From contig NC_083406.1 of assembly GCF_020745735.1 (NCBI RefSeq), positions 11,594,001 to 11,658,000 on the forward strand: DNA of 64,000 nucleotides, read 5' to 3'. The position numbers were made by a program, and so were the translations under genes. This DNA is from Hemiscyllium ocellatum (taxonomy: Eukaryota). Shown here in pieces: positions 13,421 to 26,430 of this stretch. The notes below the pieces were generated by a model. The model saw nothing but the letters and a program-made list of their open reading frames with translations, ran no database searches and had not been told where the DNA came from. The stretch's first letter is position 1. Each line of letters begins with the position of its first letter.

Positions 13421-15597
13421 AAGACATTGAGCACTGGTGATGCTATTCCTCCTACCCAGAGTGGAATTCCAATCAGAATAAAAATGGAGCATAATCCTAG
13501 TGTATAAAGGGCCTGTTTGTCATGCCAAACCTCAACTTGAAGAAGTGCATAATCTCATCAAACATTACTTCAAGGATTAGATGTTAGCTAACTAGGAAAA
13601 GAAAAAGGTTGTTAGCCATTGGTGTTGGGTTGGTTCTGAAAGAATAAAGTACCCATTGGAGGGATAGTCAAATGGATATACAGAGTGGGGAATTTTTGAT
13701 TCTTTGAAAAGCTAACTGAAAACAATTTCTGTAGTTTGAAATACAAGTTGCTGACTGAATAGTGTTTTGATAATATCACTTCTACGGTGAAAAAAGGTTT
13801 AACACTTGAGGTGTTGTGTGGTCCTTCCAGTCAATCACAGCAAACTCAAGTATCTTTTAAAAAGCTGTCAGTCAGTTTGGAGATTGTAACAAGTGTTTCT
13901 GGCATGTGCACTCAGATGTGAAGAGTGAATTCAGGCATTCACCTTTCATGAGTTTTTTTTAGCAATTACGTTGAAATCAGACACTGACTCCTGTTAGGAT
14001 CTTTAACCAGCACTTTAATAGCTACTGGTGATAGCATTTCCTGCAATGGCAATTTAGAGCAGTTATTTGTGAAGTTTGCACACCTCAGGGCCACCAAGAC
14101 CATCTGTGCCTTTTAATCCCTGATTGATCATCCTGAGTATCCGCAGTAATTTAACAATTATAACCCATTTTGCGAGTAACCTTTCTCAGGCTTTCCATTA
14201 TTGTCTCTGTCTAATATGCTCCCAAGATAATTCTTCACACCCAGCTGTATATGTACTGCAAGTGAGTGTCTGTAAAAAAAACACATACTGAGTTCCCAGA
14301 TCAGGCTAATTAGATTTTTTGAAAAATCGACACCATTCAAATCCCACAGTGGCAAAAGTTTCAGTTTATTTCCCAATGACCTTCACTTGAAGGATGCTAT
14401 AACCATTCATACTGACAGGTTTAGTGATCTGACCAGATCAAATCATTGCATTTTGACCTCCTGTCAGTTTTACCTTTCATCTTTGCATCTGGACATGATT
14501 GATTGCACCATCACCCTATTCCAAAAAGAATAACTTGAATGGTACATACTTAAAGCTCAGAAATAAATGCTGGAATTGCATGAAACAAAAAAACAAACGA
14601 TATTCAAATACAGAGCAAGCCAACGATCAACTCTGAAGAGAAAGGACTGGTCACTATTTTCGGCCTTGCTCAGAAATTATGTAAATGTGTTTCAGCATTG
14701 TTAATGCATATATAAACAGTGATTGGATGCATGTTTAGATTCTGTTTTCTTTTGTTTTTAAAAAAAAAATTTCTAAAACCAACATAATTCTAAATGTCAT
14801 AAATACACAGAATGTTAGTGATTTGTAGTTAAGAATTTTGGTGATTTAAGTGGCTTAGAGTAATGGATTAGGTAACCAGGAAAGGTTCCTGAAACAGGCC
14901 ACGTAAACGAGTTCAGGAGACAATTCAATTCATTCTTAGACAGAGAAGGCATTGAGAGCTGTGAACCTACTGTGGGCATCTAAAATTTATGGACCAAATC
15001 ATTGATTTTACAGCCCTTTTAAAGCTGTTGAAATACTGACCTTCGCCTCAGATGGGAACATGGCATTTAATAGCTGATAGAAATTACTTGCTTATAACTC
15101 CATTATTGTTTCATTATGAAACTATCAACTTGATAAGAGGTGAATTGGATGGATTTTGGTTTGTTTTTGTTCAACAATTCTTTTGGTTATAATCTAGTGC
15201 CCATATGATCGCATTTCTTCTGTCAGTGCTGTTGGTGATATATGCATCTATCACGTTGTTGAGGAAAATCTTCCATGGGATATGAACTTTGCTTGAAAGC
15301 CCAGAAGTCATTGCCTGTCTCTATTTACCCTTGGGAAGGCGATGGTGTGTTAACATCTTGAACCACTATAATCTATCTGTAGCATGGACTACACTACTGT
15401 GTAGCTTGGAGGGGAATGGGCAGGCATACTCAAGCATCTGCTGTCCTTGTCCTTCTGGGTTTTGGAGACTGTACATTTTCAAGGTGCTGTTGAATGCTCT
15501 TTGACAGTTGCGACAATACATTTTGCACATGTACAAAAGGTGCAGTGATAAGTCTGAGGTGGACCTTTATCCTTGAATTATGGAAGACCATGTGTTG

Positions 15598-16053
15598 AAG
15601 GTCTTGGTTTCATAGAACCATCTTGTTAGTCTATTTCAGGAAGCAGTTAAGAGTCAAACAGATTGTGACTCCACTCGCACATCATACAGGCCCGACCAGA
15701 CCAGAGTGTCAGGTGTTCTAAATATCTCAGAGCCTTTATGAAATTGAAGTAACTTCCTGGTTACTTTTCTTTGGATTACAGCCATTTCCAGATATTTTTA
15801 AACTGGATTCCGGCTCTCGAACTATCTTGATAGGATCCTCTCCCTCTTTTCATGAAGCTTCTTTGTTGACTGAGAGTTGCCCATCCTATTTCAAAATGCT
15901 ACAATATCTCGGAGAGCAAGGACAGGAAGGAGACCTCAAAAGATACTTTACTTTGTTTGGAGCCGGAACCCACACAATTGTTTTTATTAAAGATACGTAT
16001 TAACTAACTGAACTAAGTCCAATAATCTAACCAGCATACTAACATATTCCATT
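15598..16053 (+). repeat. Local segmental duplication, copy 2
   Basis: Colinear with 12709-13184; diverged by scattered substitutions and small indels. Confidence 0.9.
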
Positions 16054-16229
16054 GCATTATTTATACTATGTTCCAAAAGACATTGATTATGTAGAACAGA
16101 GGTATCATGTGCGGGTAACCATGAACAGTTTTGTCTGGTTTACAAGATACAACTTTTCATAGCCGAGAGTAAATTTTGCTTTTTATAGTAAATTTCAGCA
16201 ATGCACTTAACTCAAGTTCTAAATCTCTT

Positions 16230-17200
16230 CCTTCTCCCTCATCATCTACTATGATATCACCACTGGAAATGGGGATTGGTTAATAAAAGAAGGAGAGAGT
16301 TGTAGTATGAAGTAAGGGGTTGAGGATGAGAAATGAGAGTGATTATGAACTTGGATAAGATAAGGCTATAGTAATTGGAAAGTAGGGTATTTTCTAGGGA
16401 ATGACTTTAGGAATTGGAGAGAGGCAGGAGACAGAGATGAAGACGTGGGTCATCAAAACGTTGATATTGGGACTTGAGGCAAGAATGAGAAAGTGGTGAT
16501 TGAACTCTGGAGAAGTAGATGGCAGATTGGGAAAGTTCAGGAGACAAACTATGATTTAGGTGGATCAAATACAGACTCTGAGTTTGGACATTTTGATTAG
16601 GACTAATCAAGAAATTTGAACTGTTGCAGTCACAGTTGAAGAGAATGGACAAGACTCCAAAGGATTAAGGTCAGGAATTTGAGAAAGGCAGAAAGTTAAC
16701 TGTAGAGTACAAAATTTGCAAGTAAGACCAGAAGATAGCAAAGGGTCATCACACACCAGAAATTCTATCTCAGCAAGAAGCAAGAGGCAAATAAAAGGTG
16801 GAGGATTAGGGACAAAGACAATGGAACAGGAGTCAGTACATTGGAATTAGGACAGGAGTTTGGGAGATTGAACTTCTATCCCCAAAGAAAGCATATGGTG
16901 GAATGATGATTGGGGATTGACACTCTTGTAGGGGAAGAAAGGGGATATAATAACAGGGTATTCAGAGAATTGGTGCTCAGGCAAGACAGGGGCTGAGGAG
17001 AAAACAATGTCAGTTAGGATGGGGTTGGTGTGGAATCTAGCATTTTCAAGAGAACTGGGAGGAGTAGCAGCGACAAGATGTTGGGTGGGAACAGTACCAA
17101 ATGCAGTAACCAATAAAGGGGTGAATGGAACCTAAGGATTTTCATGTGGGTAAACAGTGAAAGATTGATTTACTATGTGGGTGAATGAGAAGCAAGAGAG
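16230..17200 (-). mobile_element. Ancient L2 LINE remnant
   Basis: Strong purine skew on +; the minus strand has weak similarity to the L2 RT C-terminal region (SQSAIYFSRVQSPLSH). Confidence 0.4.
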
Positions 17201-18256
17201 TGAAGGCTGAGATTGATCAAAGAGCATTAAAAATTCTCATTCATAGAGAAAATATAGGAGAGTCAAATCCAGCTGGCAGCTGTTATAACACTACTGTGGT
17301 TTCTGTTTTTGTAAAATTAATTAATTAGTGGCATTGTGGTCTTTTTAGGTTTTGCTATTTGAACCTCTGTAGAATTGAAAGTTAGAGTTTTCCCCAACTT
17401 GCTTTTCTTTAATTTTGTAGAAAGATCTGGAAATAGGTAGACAATCCTTCTTTACATATTTAATTCATCACTGATTTACTGACTGCTTCGCAGTAAGGAC
17501 CAATCCGATGGAAATCATGCTGCAGATCACATGTTGATAACAATCCCAGACCAGAATGCTAAAATTAAGTTATGACCTGGCTATGAATTACTAACCTCTT
17601 TTTCAAGTAGAGAGATCTCAGGTACTTGCAAAAATAATAGAGCCACAAGAGTTAATGATTTTGAACAAATGATAGACAGTATGAAACAAAGATAAAACAG
17701 TATTCTATGAATACACACAGACAGAATAATATTTCAAATCCAATTAGAATTAGCGTGGGATTAAAATGGATAATGGACACACTCACAGCCCATCAAGTAG
17801 GAAATGCGGTTAAACAGAACCTATGACTTTGCAGCAAACTCCACCTCTCCATCTACACCCACACCCATACCCACAGATATTAGTAACACTGCAACCTATT
17901 AAATCTCTTTAAACTTACAAGGCATTTCAATTTCTCTTAGCTTAAGACTTAGGCTTAAAATCTATTCCGTCATAGACTGCCTCAATGACTATTCATGTTA
18001 ATGAACATTATCCTTCTTTCCTGGAACTGGATTTTTGCACCAATGATCTTGCTCATTCATATCTCAAAGCTTTAATGTTTCTCAACTGCAGAAAACAAAT
18101 GTTTTTGGGCTTTGTTTCACCCTTGACTTAATGAACCGGCTAATCAAACATGGCATCTTCCAAGGCTCCACAATTCCAGGACATAGTCTGAGTATTAGCT
18201 GAAAATGTGTTGCTGGTTAAAGCACAGCAGGTTAGGCAGCATCCAAGGAACAGGAA

Positions 18257-18292
18257 ATTCGACGTTTCGGGCAAAAGCCCTTCATCAGGAAT
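18257..18292 (-). ncRNA. Minimal type I hammerhead ribozyme, intact core
   Basis: Minus strand reads ATTC CTGATGA A GGGC TTTT GCCC GAA ACGT C GAAT: stem I ATTC/GAAT, stem II GGGC/GCCC, palindromic ACGT stem III, GUC cleavage triplet. Confidence 0.85.
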
Positions 18293-18912
18293 GAGGAGAG
18301 TGTGCCAGGCAGGCTAAGATAAAAGGTAGGGAGGAGGGACTTGGGGGAGGGGCGATGGAGATGTGATAGGTGGAAGGAGGTCAAGGTGAGGGTGATAGGC
18401 CGGAGTGGAGTGGGGGCGGAGAGGTCAGGAAGAAGATTGCAGGTTAGGAGGGCGGTGCTGAGTTGAAGGAACCGACTGAGACAAGGTGGGGGGAGGGGAA
18501 ATGAGGAAACTGGAGAAATCTGAGTTCATTCCTTGTGGTTGGAGGGTTCCCAGTGGAAGATGAGGCGCTCCTCCTCCACCCGTCGTGTTGTTATGTTCTG
18601 CCGGTGGAAGAGTCCAAGGACCTGCATGTCCTCGGTGGAGTGGGAGGGAGAGTTAAAGTGTTGAGCCACGGGGTGGTTGGGTTGGTTGGTCCGGGCGTCC
18701 CAGAGGTGTTCTCTGAAGCGTTGTGCAAGTAAGCGGCCCATCTCCCCAATATAGAGGAGGCCACATCGGGTGCAGCGGATGCAATAGATGATGTGTGTGG
18801 AGGTACAGGTGAACTTGTGGCGGATATGGAAGGATCCCTTGGGGCCTTGGAGGGAAGTGAGGGAGGAGGTGTGGGCGCAAGTTTTACATTTCCTGTGGTT
18901 GCAGGGGAAGGT

Positions 18913-19040
18913 GCCGGGAGTGGAGGTTGGGTTGATGGGGGGTGTGGGCCGGGAGTGGAGGTTGGGTTGGTGGGGGGTGTGGGCCTGGAGTGGAGGTTGG
19001 GTTGGTGGGGGTGTGGGCCGGGAGTGGAGGTTGGGTTGGT
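18913..19040 (+). repeat. G-rich 34-35 bp tandem repeat (~3.7 copies) at the fold-back junction
   Basis: Unit gccgggagtggaggttgggttggtggggggtgtgg starting at 18913, 18948, 18983 and 19017 (partial). Confidence 0.95.
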
Positions 19041-19048
19041 ACTCCCGG

Positions 19049-19400
19049 CCTCCCTCACTTCCCTCCAAGGCCCCAAGGGATCCTTCCATATCCGCCACAA
19101 GTTCACCTGTACCTCCACACACATCATCTATTGCATCCGCTGCACCCGATGTGGCCTCCTCTATATTGGGGAGACGGGCTGCTTACTTGCACAACGCTTC
19201 AGAGAACACCTCTGGGACGTCTGGACCAACCAACCCAACCACCCCGTGGCTCAACACTTTAACTCTCCCTCCCACTCCACCGAGGACATGCAGGTCCTTG
19301 GACTCCTCCACCAGCAGAACATAACAACACGACGGCTGGAGGAGGAGCGCCTCATCTTCCACCTGGGAACCCTCCAACCACAAGGAATGAACTCAGATTT
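19049..19400 (+). pseudogene. PLE GIY-YIG endonuclease domain (5'-truncated ORF)
   Basis: FTCTSTHIIYCIRCTRCGLLYIGETG..L.QRFREH...PVAQHFNSPSH...RRLEEERLIFHLGTLQPQGMN. Confidence 0.92.
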
Positions 19401-19623
19401 CGCCAGTTTCCTCATTTCCCCTCCCCCCACCTTGTCTCAGTCGGTTCCCTCAACTCAGCACCGCCCTCCTAACCTGCAATCTTCTTCCTGACCTCTCCGC
19501 GCCCACCCCACTCCGGCCTATCACCCTCTCCTTGACCTCCTTCCACCTATCACATCTCCATCGCCCCTCCCCCAAGTCCCTCCTCCCTACCTTTTATCTT
19601 AGCCTGCGTGGCACACTCTCCTC

Positions 19624-19659
19624 ATTCCTGATGAAGGGCTTTTGCCCGAAACGTTGAAT
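19624..19659 (+). ncRNA. Minimal type I hammerhead ribozyme, GUU triplet
   Basis: ATTC CTGATGA A GGGC TTTT GCCC GAA ACGT T GAAT. Confidence 0.8.
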
Positions 19660-19909
19660 TTCCTGTTCCTTGGATGCTGCCTGACCTGCTGTGCTTTAAC
19701 CAGCAACACATTTTCAGCTGCGATCTCCAGCATCTGCAGACCTCATTTTTTACCCATAGTCTGAGTATTAACCACTCTACTCAACGGTACCTTTTTGGGA
19801 AGGATCCACTTCTCTCAGTACTTGAGCAGGTGCCTGACCAACCATCTGAACATTGTAACTTTTTGCTCTGGCTGTTCTCATCCACCTGAGTAAACTGACC
19901 ATTCAGAAA

Positions 19910-20040
19910 GGAGAAAGTGAGGACTGCAGATGCTGGAGATCAGAGCTGAAAATGTGTTGCTGGAAAAGTGCAGCAGGTCAGGCAGCACCCAAGGAGCAGG
20001 AGAATCGACGTTTCGGGCATGTGTCCTTCTTCAGGAATCT
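19910..20040 (-). mobile_element. PLE family 1 short single-arm insertion (hammerhead + tail)
   Basis: Perfect 14-bp TSD tgaccattcagaaa (19896-19909, 20041-20054); 5' end lies at the hammerhead stem I. Confidence 0.9.
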
Positions 20041-20678
20041 TGACCATTCAGAAACCCTTGAACTGTTCTGAGGGGCCAATTAAAAACCTGCACAAACCCC
20101 AGACTTTGGTCTTTGGTATTATTGTATTAACAACAGTTTCAAACAGCCAAACATAGCAACCCCTTAACTCTCTGTTCCCTGAATGATATTCTCAGTTTGC
20201 TGTCTTACTTGGTACAAATTGCATAAAGTGAAATGACATTTATCACATTGTCAACATTTATTCTCAAAAAGTAACACAACCTGTACCCACTTTACACATT
20301 AAAAAAACATGGAAACATATCAATTGTCACCCCACTGTGTCCAAATTACCTCTGCTAGATGTGTGAAATGGTAATGTGTTGAGTCAGGCCCACTATGGAA
20401 ATTAAATTTCACACACAATGCAAATTGTGCCAGATGGGACTTGAATTTAACGTCTTATCCTAAAGATAACACTTCTCACTCCTACAAGTGCTAGTGTATG
20501 TAGTATGTTTAAGCCTGTCAATGAGGGGGAACATTCTAGCTCAGTTTTAAGATTGCCCCCAACTGAACAAAGCTGGCATTTCTAAAGAGATTTCAATAAA
20601 TCTCTCCAGGTATAACCACACCTCATTTCAGTCAGACACTCTCTTCTGACTGTTCTTACTTGCAGAACATGCACCAAA

Positions 20679-22230
20679 TAGAGTCATGAAGTCATAGAGA
20701 TGTACAGCATGGAAACAGACCCTTTGGTCCAACTCGTCCATGCCGACCAGATATCCCAACACAATCTAGTCCCACCTGCCAGCACCTGGCCCATATCCCT
20801 CCAAACCCTTCCTATTCATATACCCATCCAAATGCCTCTTAAAATGTTGCCATTGTACCAGCCTCCACCACTTCCTCTGGCAGCTCATTCCATACATGTT
20901 CCACCCTCTGTGTGAAAAGGTTGCCCCATAGGTCTCTTTTATATCTTTCCCCTCTCACCCTAAACCTGTGCCCTCTAGTTCTGTACTCCCCGACCCCAGG
21001 GAAAAGGCTTTGCCTATTTACTCTATCCATGCCCCTCATAATTTTGTAAACCTCTATAAGGTCACCCCTCAGCCTCCGACGCTCCAGGAAAACAGCCCCA
21101 GCCTGTTCAGCCTCTCCCTATAGCTCAACTCCTCCAACCCTGGCAACATCTTTGTAAATCTTTTCTGAACCCTTTCAAGTTTCACAACATCTTTCCAATA
21201 GGAACGAGACCAGAATTGCATGCAATTTTACAACAGTGGTCAAACCAATGTCCTGTACAGCCGCATCATGACCTCCCAACTCCTGTACTCAATACTCTGA
21301 CCAATAAAGGAAAGCATACCAAACGCCTAATTCACTATCCTATCTACCTGCGACTCCACTTTCAAGGAGCTATGATCCTGCACTCCAAGGTCTCTTTGTT
21401 CAGCAACACTCCCTAGGACCTTACCATTAAGTGTATAAGTCCTGCTAAGATTTACTTTCCCAAAATACAGCACCTCACGTTTATTGAATTAAACTCCATC
21501 TGCTACTTCTCAGCCCATTGGCCCATCTGGTCAAGATCTTGTTGTAATCTGAGGTAACCCTCTTCACTGTCCACTACACCTCCAATTTTGGTATCATCTG
21601 CAAACTCACTAACTGTATCTCTTATGCTTGCATCCAAATCATTTATGAAAATGACAAAAAGTAGAGGACCCAGCACCGATCCTTGTGGCACTCCACTGAT
21701 CACAGGCTTCCAGTCCGAAGAATAACCCTCCACCACCACCCTCTGTCTTCTACCTTTGAGCCAGTTCTGTATCCAAATGGCTAGTTCTCCCTGTATTCCA
21801 TGAGATTTAACCTTGCTAATCAGCCTCCCATGGGGAACCTTGTTGAACGCCTTACTGAAGTCCATATAGATCACATCTACCGCTCTGCCCTCACCAATCC
21901 TCTTTGTTACCTCCTCAAAAAATTCAATCAAGTTTGTGAGACATGATTTCCCACTGTTGACTATCCCTAATCAGTCCTTGCCTTTCTGAATACATGTACA
22001 TCCTGAGCCTCAGCATTCCCTCCAGCAGCTGACGTCGGGCTCACTGGTCTATAGTTCCCTGGCTTGTCCTTACCACCCTTCTTAAACAGTTAACCAACCT
22101 CCAGTCTTCGGGCACCTCACCTGTGACTATCGATGATACAAATATCTCAGCAAGAGACCCAGCAATCACTTCTCTAGCTTCCCACAGTCCTCGGGTACGC
22201 CTGATCAGGTCCTGGGGATTTATGCACTTT
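20679..22230 (-). mobile_element. CR1 LINE (HER1-like), 5'-truncated, relatively young
   Basis: ORF 21503-21931: VDVIYMDFSKAFNKVPH...SGVPQGSVLGPLLF...FADDTK; 'ctatgact'-type tail. Confidence 0.95.
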
Positions 22231-23366
22231 TATGCGTTGGGAAAAGGAGGGCAACTGCAGTGCATGTGTAGGGGGAATGGGAAAGAGGGGCTGATCACAG
22301 CACATTGCAAACGGGGCAGGGAGAGGTGAAGATTATAGCAAAAAATCAAATGAGAATGTACGTATGTGTGCACATAAGCACTTGCCTGCATGTGGGGGCT
22401 ATGTGGAGCAGAAGAGTTGAATGCATCAAGTATTTGTTTGAGAGCAGAGTGGAAGGAAAGGGATGATTATTTTTGATGTGTACATACAGAAAAGACTGGA
22501 TGTGTATTGTCCCATATTTTCAAATAAATAGACTTATTTTAAAATAACACTTTGTTTCCACAGCGACTCTCACAGCCACTTGCCTTTACTTTGCCCAAAA
22601 TTTGAGGAAGCCTGAACAAATGGTATATATGGCTACACCTGCCATACATTTCTCTGGCTGTTCGATCCAAGTAATGGCAGCAGCTTGGGAGAAACCCACC
22701 AAAAGTATTCCCCATGATGAAGTGTCAAATGACCAGATGAGAGGAGCCTGTGAGTAACTGAAAGGCAGGTCCTGGATTAGAGGTGTTTTGAATGGCACAC
22801 TTGAATTGAGAAGAATTGAAATGATGTCTGAGCATGTAATACTGGGTGGGAATGGTAGGTCACCGACAGCTATAACATCATTTTAAAAACCAGAGTAACC
22901 TCCTGCTCACCAGGAACAGCAGCCTCAAGCAATAGGAGCTTGGTGGGAGCATGTTGGGAACCTGCAGAAAGTGGCAGCACACAGGCCTTCAAAACTGAAT
23001 GGATGGAATGTCTTCGACTGAGCAACCAGGATGTGCTTTAAGGACATAGATTTTTTTAAAAAAAATCTCTCTTGGGTTCTGAGTGCTGCTCGCTAGTTCA
23101 AATGCCAGATCACAGAATCAGCCTTCATACAACATTCATCCAAACTCCCAGACCATTGCAGCAAGCTCAGGTTTCTATGCTGTGTGAAAAATGCAGAATA
23201 AACTTGAAAAAGAACCGTTATGTGCTATAATTTTATTAGTCTAATAAAACACAGGGTTTAATTAAGCACCACAAATGGATAAAGTAAAAGCTTTCATGGC
23301 CCCAAGTTCCTTTCCCATCCCTGCACAGTCAAACAGCTTGTCAATCAAACATAAATTGGACAATAT

Positions 23367-23506
23367 AAAAAACCTAAAGAACTGAGGATGCTGTAAGTCA
23401 AAACTCGGTTCTGAGGAAGAATCACTGGATCTGAAATGCTAACTCTGATTTCTGAGATACCACCTGACCTGCTAAGCTTTTCCAACAATTTCTGTTTTTG
23501 ATTGTG
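23367..23506. mobile_element. PLE family 3 remnant with decayed hammerhead and short inverted tail
   Basis: 23408-23443 GTT CTGAGGA A GAATC ACTG GATCT GAA ATGC T AAC; downstream 'cctgacctgctaagcttttccaaca' resembles family 1; degenerate TSD ataaattggacaatat / ataaatttgaccattat. Confidence 0.6.
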
Positions 23507-23965
23507 ATAAATTTGACCATTATGGATTATTTGACAATGTTGGTTATAACCAAGGAAAATACTGAACTAAAACCTAACGGGGCCAAACGGTCTCTTTTCA
23601 TGCTGTGCTGTTCCAAACCGTGACATAAACTTCACTGAGGACTCTTAATAATATCTTTTATAACATGAAAAGAAATAACAGGCTCCAATCCATCCATTTA
23701 CGGGTAATGGTTGTTGCAGCACCTGAAGTGCAAAGTCCTGCTGAACGTGACATAATAACATCAAAACATTTCAACCACCTGTGGAAAACGGTAGCAGGCA
23801 CATGGGAACACAACCTCCTGCAAATTCTCCCCTCATCAGTGTCTGGTTTAGAGTTGATCTGCTTTCACTGTCACTGGCTCTGTCTCTCCCATCCTAACTG
23901 AGAGGCCTTCTTCCCTATAAAAATTGCAGCAGTTCAAGCAGCAACTTGCCACCTCCTTCTGAATT

Positions 23966-24142
23966 GAAAATGTGTTGCTGGAAAAGCACAGCAGGTCAGG
24001 CAGCATTCAAGGAGCAGGAGAGTCGACGTTTCGGGCATGAGCCTCAGGGCTCCTGCTCCTTGGATACTGCCTGACCTGCTGCGCTTTTCCAGCAACACGT
24101 TTTCAGCTCTGATCTCCAGCATCTGCAGTCCTCACTACCTCC
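23966..24142. mobile_element. PLE family 1 short fold-back insertion inside an older LINE 3' end (~23690-24205)
   Basis: Inverted arms; imperfect TSD ctgaattgaa / ctgaatggaa. Confidence 0.85.
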
Positions 24143-25271
24143 TGAATGGAAGGTAGTGATGGAGAATAAACACTGGCCTTGCTAATGATGCTCAAATTTT
24201 CTGAATGAAAGAGTAAATTTGAAAAAGGTTCACAGAGCATAATTTGCAAAACGATAAGAGGAGTGAACTACAGACATGAGAAGAAGTAGCAATGTTTTTG
24301 CATCTCAAGATCAGGATGGAGAGTTTGACTGCTGTGTCCACAGTTTCTAGTCATCACTCCCAACATAAAAATCTTTTATTGGAAATGATTTTAATTTGGT
24401 TAATCTAAACAAAGATAAGCTAGATGTATCTTTTAAGAATATCAATGAACGGTGGTTTGTGCAGGATAAATCTCCTACCCGCTTTCATCTTTTGTAATCC
24501 TAACTTGTGTGGCTGATGCTATCATTTTGTTTAAACCAATCATTAATGATAATCCTCAATTTAGATATCCCACTGTACAAACAATGAGAAGCAATGAGTT
24601 AAATAGGTAACCATCTGTTAGCCTTTCTGCATTCTTCACATGTCATATCCCAATGCTGTATTAATTCAATGAACTTTGATTAGAAATGCACAGCAGATCA
24701 TTGACTGACTATTCAATGTTAGCAATGGGAACATTTGGCACATGCATGATGGAGAAATAATTTGGGAAACTGCTCCAAAGCTGCATATCAACTCAATGGA
24801 CTGTAGAACTTAATTCAATAACAAATGTGCACAATTTCCAGAGGACCTCTGCAATTAATACTAAATGTTGACTTTGGCAGGCAATAAGGAACAAATTAAT
24901 TCTGTAGCTGTAACAATGTCCAGTAATCGTGATAAATGATTTGAACACATGTGCTTGAGGTGAACCTGCTACTGAAATAACATTTCCAATGTTCTTTTTA
25001 AGCCCCTCTGGGAAGTGTTCAAATTGAAAGTTGTTCCTCAATGATCCATTCTCAATATCATTTCTTGCCACCATTACTTTCAGTGTTGTTTCCAGGATGT
25101 AAAGGATAGTTGGTGATGCCTTCCTAATTTCAGTAGCAATTAGCTTAATTAGCTATCAAAGACTGCTCTTTAAAAAAACTTGAATTATGGTTTATTGTCT
25201 GGCTCATACATTAGGTAATGCACTGGGAAGCTATGACAAATTATTAGACAGTAGGTTATTTTAAGGTGTTA

Positions 25272-25505
25272 GGTAAAAACAGGGTAAAAACAATGACTGC
25301 TGACCTATCACCTTCATCCCCTCCCCCACTCACCCATTGTACTCTATGCTACTTTCTCCCCACCCCACTCTCCTCTCACTTATCTCTCCCCCCTTCAGGC
25401 TCTCTGCTTGTATTCCTGATGAAGGGCTTTTGCCCAAAACGTCGATTTTACTGCTCCTCGAAAGCTGCCTGAACTGCTGTGCTCTTCCAGCACCACTAAT
25501 CTTAG
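25272..25505. mobile_element. PLE family 1-related insertion with a very short inverted tail arm
   Basis: 12-bp TSD tttaaggtgtta (25260-25271, 25506-25517); + arm hammerhead has GAAA changed to AAAA; left end 'ggtaaaaacaatgactgc' is the inverted tail. Confidence 0.8.
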
Positions 25506-25869
25506 TTTAAGGTGTTATTCAATATCGTTGCTATGTCTTGGGCTACTCAGCAGAGCTCTTTCTCCTATGTTTTTATTAACTAAGAGCAGTATGTCTCTTT
25601 ATTCACCCTATATCAGGTGGACCTGAGCCACATATAAATTAGCTTCACAATCTGACTTGTGGATCTTTAGCTCCACTTTGTTGAATCCGAAACATAGGTA
25701 AAGATTATCAATCTGTGTAACATCTCTCAGATATTAAATAGAATTAATTTGTAGAAAGGATGGTTCCAAAATGAATAAATCCTGTCACCCATAAAAGTCC
25801 AAAATATGATTTTAATTTGAGTTAGCTTGCCTAACAAGACTGTTTATTCTCAAAAATACTGTCTGAGTT

Positions 25870-26430
25870 TGCTATGTCCCAGTTCAGCTGCTGCTGAAAT
25901 CCTCATTCATGCCTTTGGCATGTCTAACGTTAAATATTCCAATGCACCCCAGGCTGATCTCCAAATATAATTACCTTCCATAATTCAAGGTCATCCAAAA
26001 ATCTACTGTCTGTGTCTCAACTCATGCCATGCCTCATTCACCCATCACTTGTGTGCTATGTGATTTACATTAGTTCCCAGCTAAGATGCCCCTGCATTTT
26101 AAGAACTCCCATCGCCATTTTCAAATGCATTCATCCCTTCCAACCTCTGTAATTTCCTTGGGCACAATAAACCTTCAAGATATCCACATGCTACTACTTC
26201 TGACTAGTCCCATTTCTGACTTTAATCATTCACCATTGGTCGTTGCAGCTTAATCTGTGGAATATTCACCCTTCACCTCTTCACCTTTCTCCCTCACTTT
26301 TGACTCTTGCCTTAAAATCCATCTCTTCGTCACACTTTTGGTCATTTGAACTTAATTTTTCTCATGACAGTTCCTGTCAAATTGTGTTTTGTAATACTCC
26401 TGTAAAACACCTTGGGACATTGTATAGTGG
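25870..26430 (+). mobile_element. L2 LINE 3' fragment
   Basis: AAEILIHAFGMSNVKYSNA, VIQKST, HSPITCVLCDLH* are L2 ORF2 C-terminal motifs; L2-type tail 'tgtaaaacaccttgggaca'. Confidence 0.8.

Larger units (their letters stand above)
18198..19754. mobile_element. PLE family 1, 1.56-kb fold-back (palindromic) insertion
   Basis: Arms ~18198-18866 (-) and ~19049-19718 (+), plus a ~36-nt tail on the right arm; both arms encode the GIY-YIG region; perfect 16-bp TSD catagtctgagtatta (18182-18197, 19755-19770). Confidence 0.95.

Noticed and set aside
18913-19040. Telomere-like (TTGGG) array or CRISPR-like repeat
   Set aside because: Units are contiguous with no unique spacers and derive from PLE coding sequence
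18526-19491. Cluster of long overlapping ORFs (178-232 aa) on both strands as a novel gene
   Set aside because: These are mirror-image readings of the PLE palindrome and a stop-poor G-rich repeat; only the GIY-YIG frame is meaningful, and it is 5'-truncated
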